Position numbers and translations under genes: made by a program. A stretch of DNA of 62,753 nucleotides, counting the filler, from an uncultured Methanosarcinales archaeon (lineage in GTDB: Archaea > Nanobdellota > Nanobdellia > Woesearchaeales > CAZXZL01), in the NCBI GenBank assembly GCA_964645415.1. It is 4 parts of 4 records of this genome, joined end to end, with 100 filler letters (N's around TTAATTAATTAA, not from the genome) between each part and the next. Parts side by side here need not be neighbours in the genome. Positions count along the whole stretch, not along the records: positions 48,391 to 62,753 come from CAZXZL010000024.1; 3 more parts are not named here. One strand, written 5' to 3'. Shown one piece after another: positions 60,801 through 62,753 of the stretch. The stretch's first letter is position 1; the number at the start of each line of letters is the position of its first letter. The notes beneath the pieces are model-generated. The model saw only the letters and a program-made list of their open reading frames with translations, had not been told where the DNA came from and did not search any database.

Positions 60801-62673
60801 TTATGAATATCGTGCTGTTACAGAAGATGATGGTGATTTAGTTTATGGAGATGTTCTAACTTTTTTTACTTTTCCTTGGGTTTATAGATTAGAAGAATAT
60901 CAAAGTGATTGGGAAAATTACTTTTCAATAGATGATTTAATTATTGACTCTGATGATCTGATACTTGATTTCTATGAAGAATTTGATTATGAACAAACCT
61001 TTTCTTACACTGGTGAAATGGAAACAATTGATGTATCTAATCATGTAAAAATTGAAGTTGTTATGTATGGTGCAGGGGGTGGTCATGGGGATGATAGTGA
61101 TGGAGGAAGTGGTGGTTATATTGAAGCAGTATTAAATGTTTCTGAATTTGATCAAATTGAAATTTGGGTGGGTGAAGGTGGTTCTAGAGGTGGAGGAGCT
61201 ACTTTTGGTAGGTCAAGTGGTGGTGCTAGTGTAGGTGGAGATTCTGGAAGTGGTGGTGGTTCGACGGAGATTACTGCTGACTCAGAAAGTGTTTTTTTAA
61301 TTGCTGCTGATGGTGCAGGAGGAGGTGGTCGTGACCACCCTAATAATGCTGAAAGAGGAGGAGGTGGAGGTGCTGGTGGTTCGGGAGGGAATAGCGGAGA
61401 AGATCCTATTTCTCCTAGAGATGATTCTGGTCGGGGCGGATCTGGTGGAATAAGTTCTAATGGTGATTCTGGAGGTCAGACTGTTAATGATGAATTTTTA
61501 ATTGAAGAAGAATATCAATCATCTGGTTCTGGAAGCCCACCTGAAACTGATGCTGAAGTAAATATTGAATTTTATGAGGAAGTTCGCTTATCAGAAGGTC
61601 AAAGAATTTCTCCTCCTTTAAGTTTAGATACTGTTGCTTCTGCAGGAAGTAGTTTAATTGAATGGGTTAGTACTGAGTCAGAAAATACTGATATAGAAGT
61701 TTATACTGCTTTGACTGATGATAGCTCTACTGAACCAACAGAGTGGGAATTAGAATCTTCTGGAGAGAGTATCTCCAGCTTTAATGAAGGTGATGATTTG
61801 ACAGATTACTATCTTTGGGTAAGACAGGATTTCTTTACTTCATCTCAAGAAACACCAATTCTTCATGAATTATTAGTTGAAATAGAAGAAGAATTTTTCT
61901 TTAATGTTCAGACATTTGAACCTGATGTTGATTTAGAATCTGCAACTTTTTATGGTAATCTTACAGATATGGATGATTATAATGAAGTTGATGTATTTTT
62001 TAGATATCGAGAAATGGGTGAAAGCAGTTGGATTGAAACATCTCATGAGACTTTATTTGAATTAGATAATTTCACTTATGAATTTACTGATATTGAAGAA
62101 GGAATTGAATATGAATATAAAGCAGTAGCTTATGCATCTGAAGATTCAAGAGAGACTACAGGTGAGATTGAAACATTTATGATTGCATCTGATGAAATAA
62201 TTAGTGTTGATTATAATCGAAATTTATTTTCATCTGAAAACCAAACTTTTGTTGTAAATTATTCTGTTGATGGCGAAGGTTATGATGATGAATGTTATTT
62301 AGATATTGATTATACTTATTTTAGTATGGATAAGATTGATGGACTTTGGGTATATGAGGATAATTATGATGAAGGATTTTATGATTTCACTATTGATTGT
62401 GACTCAGATATTTCATCTGGAGATAATTATACTTCAAGTTTTAATGTATTAGATGATATCTTTAATGATGTTTCTTTTTCCTCAACTGATTTTAATAGTT
62501 ATCATGTAGAGTCAGAAGGATCTAATGTTTATTTTAATGATACAATTGAATCATATGATGGTGACTTTAATACTTTTAATGATTTCACAGATTATTTTGT
62601 TTTTGAAGAAGTTAATAATTTAGATATAGATATCATTAATTTTTCATATCTTATTGGTTTAGGTTCTAATTAG
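57886..62673 (+). CDS. Giant mosaic adhesin-like surface protein (1595 aa)
   Basis: Signal peptide, four InlB-B-like repeats of about 80 aa, two FN3-like domains (A.L.G.L..V.F.YR..YEY.A) and a Gly-rich domain. Extremely acidic. Confidence 0.8.
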   Translation: MRKIFFIITFFFVLFSFSALSQEFINFNFPQSIDYVFSVDTSLNFNYSIRSVVGIDSGYLCFFPESAEKRRGHNDYCERLTSISKGDYDFTVSSSILLDDFYVPVFYYGSEEIIYDDVLILYDYEYAPELKPDDYQPRTPSGRKIGQNFNVNRSYGHDFEDLPARQVSQNEIDIEFPGLGAISKARFKDLDVDDDLPLGIEMLGDRGHQPPGLDKSRAQGYAIDPEELDFSSANFTVHGKGEEVHKCLDWNFEDQNCEGEWLLESEIEPGKDYNLTITPDDPGFIEYINISAAEHLDESRMVIDDIYDIVRRLDGNTVTIDGSEFVRVRFEENLTSSNDITIFGESEDDVSLEVYEVGTNNLVAEFDEINEFGRYQEFLNDLEGEQDSFDIKVIGGSIIIDHIIDPAMELLENPTFINHYDPWVLDEIQSDGESRWSSEGDSEGGSIYSNVFEDGNIISSQESTWSQEIDSVSSEIDVDGTYRINSDGRGNGGLEYATIEIRVYDTELGWQTIHSYTETETDLDTGWVSFGYDTYDPEGEITEVEVYMDVSVDGGNQDYEGEIWVDSVSVLAPETYDLTMQDPDGEGSVYVDSDEITDFPWVDDFSDGTNVDIEATPDSDWFFVEWLLDGSSYSSDESDLIFMDDDYELQAIFDTFYLDVIEPVGRGDVTIDGYTIDDNEYPYQDNFEDDVDVTIEANPDENWLFIEWLVDGSFYSDNEVDTITMDDNYEIQAVFESTTLTILDPQGLGDVYVDGVLIDDFPEEIGFQDDEEVDIEAVPEDLWFFEEWLVDGNYYSDDEIDTIIMDDDYELQAVFGGDFSYLTINEPDGAGEVYVEGELIEEFPYDEPYEDGETVSIEAVANESWGFGEWIVDGEHYSYSSDESITLDSDKEVNVTFIYYELDIQTNPVLDFGLNFADLAGELTLMEGYESADVWFDYRIEDDESWSQSSSLTVNEMDEFSEEITDLDDRTYYEYRAVTEDDGDLVYGDVLTFFTFPWVYRLEEYQSDWENYFSIDDLIIDSDDLILDFYEEFDYEQTFSYTGEMETIDVSNHVKIEVVMYGAGGGHGDDSDGGSGGYIEAVLNVSEFDQIEIWVGEGGSRGGGATFGRSSGGASVGGDSGSGGGSTEITADSESVFLIAADGAGGGGRDHPNNAERGGGGGAGGSGGNSGEDPISPRDDSGRGGSGGISSNGDSGGQTVNDEFLIEEEYQSSGSGSPPETDAEVNIEFYEEVRLSEGQRISPPLSLDTVASAGSSLIEWVSTESENTDIEVYTALTDDSSTEPTEWELESSGESISSFNEGDDLTDYYLWVRQDFFTSSQETPILHELLVEIEEEFFFNVQTFEPDVDLESATFYGNLTDMDDYNEVDVFFRYREMGESSWIETSHETLFELDNFTYEFTDIEEGIEYEYKAVAYASEDSRETTGEIETFMIASDEIISVDYNRNLFSSENQTFVVNYSVDGEGYDDECYLDIDYTYFSMDKIDGLWVYEDNYDEGFYDFTIDCDSDISSGDNYTSSFNVLDDIFNDVSFSSTDFNSYHVESEGSNVYFNDTIESYDGDFNTFNDFTDYFVFEEVNNLDIDIINFSYLIGLGSN
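59610..60585 (+). repeat. Four tandem intragenic repeats of about 240 bp (divergent InlB B-repeat-like)
   Basis: The pattern P.G.G.V.VDG..I..FP....F.D...V.IEA.P...W.F.EW.VDG..YS.DE...I.MDDDYE.QA.F occurs four times. Confidence 0.85.
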
Positions 62674-62697
62674 ATTTTTAATATTCTATTTATTTAT

Positions 62698-62753
62698 TTT
62701 TATCACACAATCTTTATCAAAGTTTTTAATCTCTGATTAAATAACCCTTAAAA
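62698..62753. repeat. Contig-end repeat fragment
   Basis: TCACACAATCTTTATCAA (about 62703-62720) also ends contig 3 (48273-48290). Confidence 0.6.

Overview
Very AT-rich archaeal DNA, most consistent with a small-genome DPANN archaeon (Woesearchaeota-like; lineage inferred from gene content, not from a marker phylogeny). Archaeal markers include aIF5B, thermosome, FEN1, NAC, Sec61beta, EndA, ZPR1, PAC2, eL41 and a histone-fold protein. Bacterial-type genes include dnaJ/grpE/dnaK, nrdR, mutL, thyX and an HD-GYP protein. The window is NOT contiguous: four contigs (1-17060, 17161-32680, 32781-48290, 48391-62753) are joined by 100-bp N/TTAATTAATTAA linkers, so adjacency across linkers is meaningless. 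It holds about 50 CDS, five tRNAs (Ala, Ser, Asn, Ile, Glu) and two clusters of large acidic surface proteins. Three real small genes are missed by the ORF track: a histone, Sec61beta and eL41. Main points of interest: (1) a pilin-like (class III signal peptide) protein with an intact AmpD-type peptidoglycan amidase active site, plus a membrane-anchored protein with two catalytically dead paralogous amidase domains, together a candidate archaeal system for recognising and cutting bacterial cell walls; (2) a modular non-coding repeat family with a covarying hairpin (7 copies) clustered at contig ends; (3) an HD-GYP phosphodiesterase inside a polysaccharide locus and a degenerate DAC-like protein; (4) an nrdR-nrdJ operon with two textbook NrdR boxes; (5) a short, alpha3-less histone.
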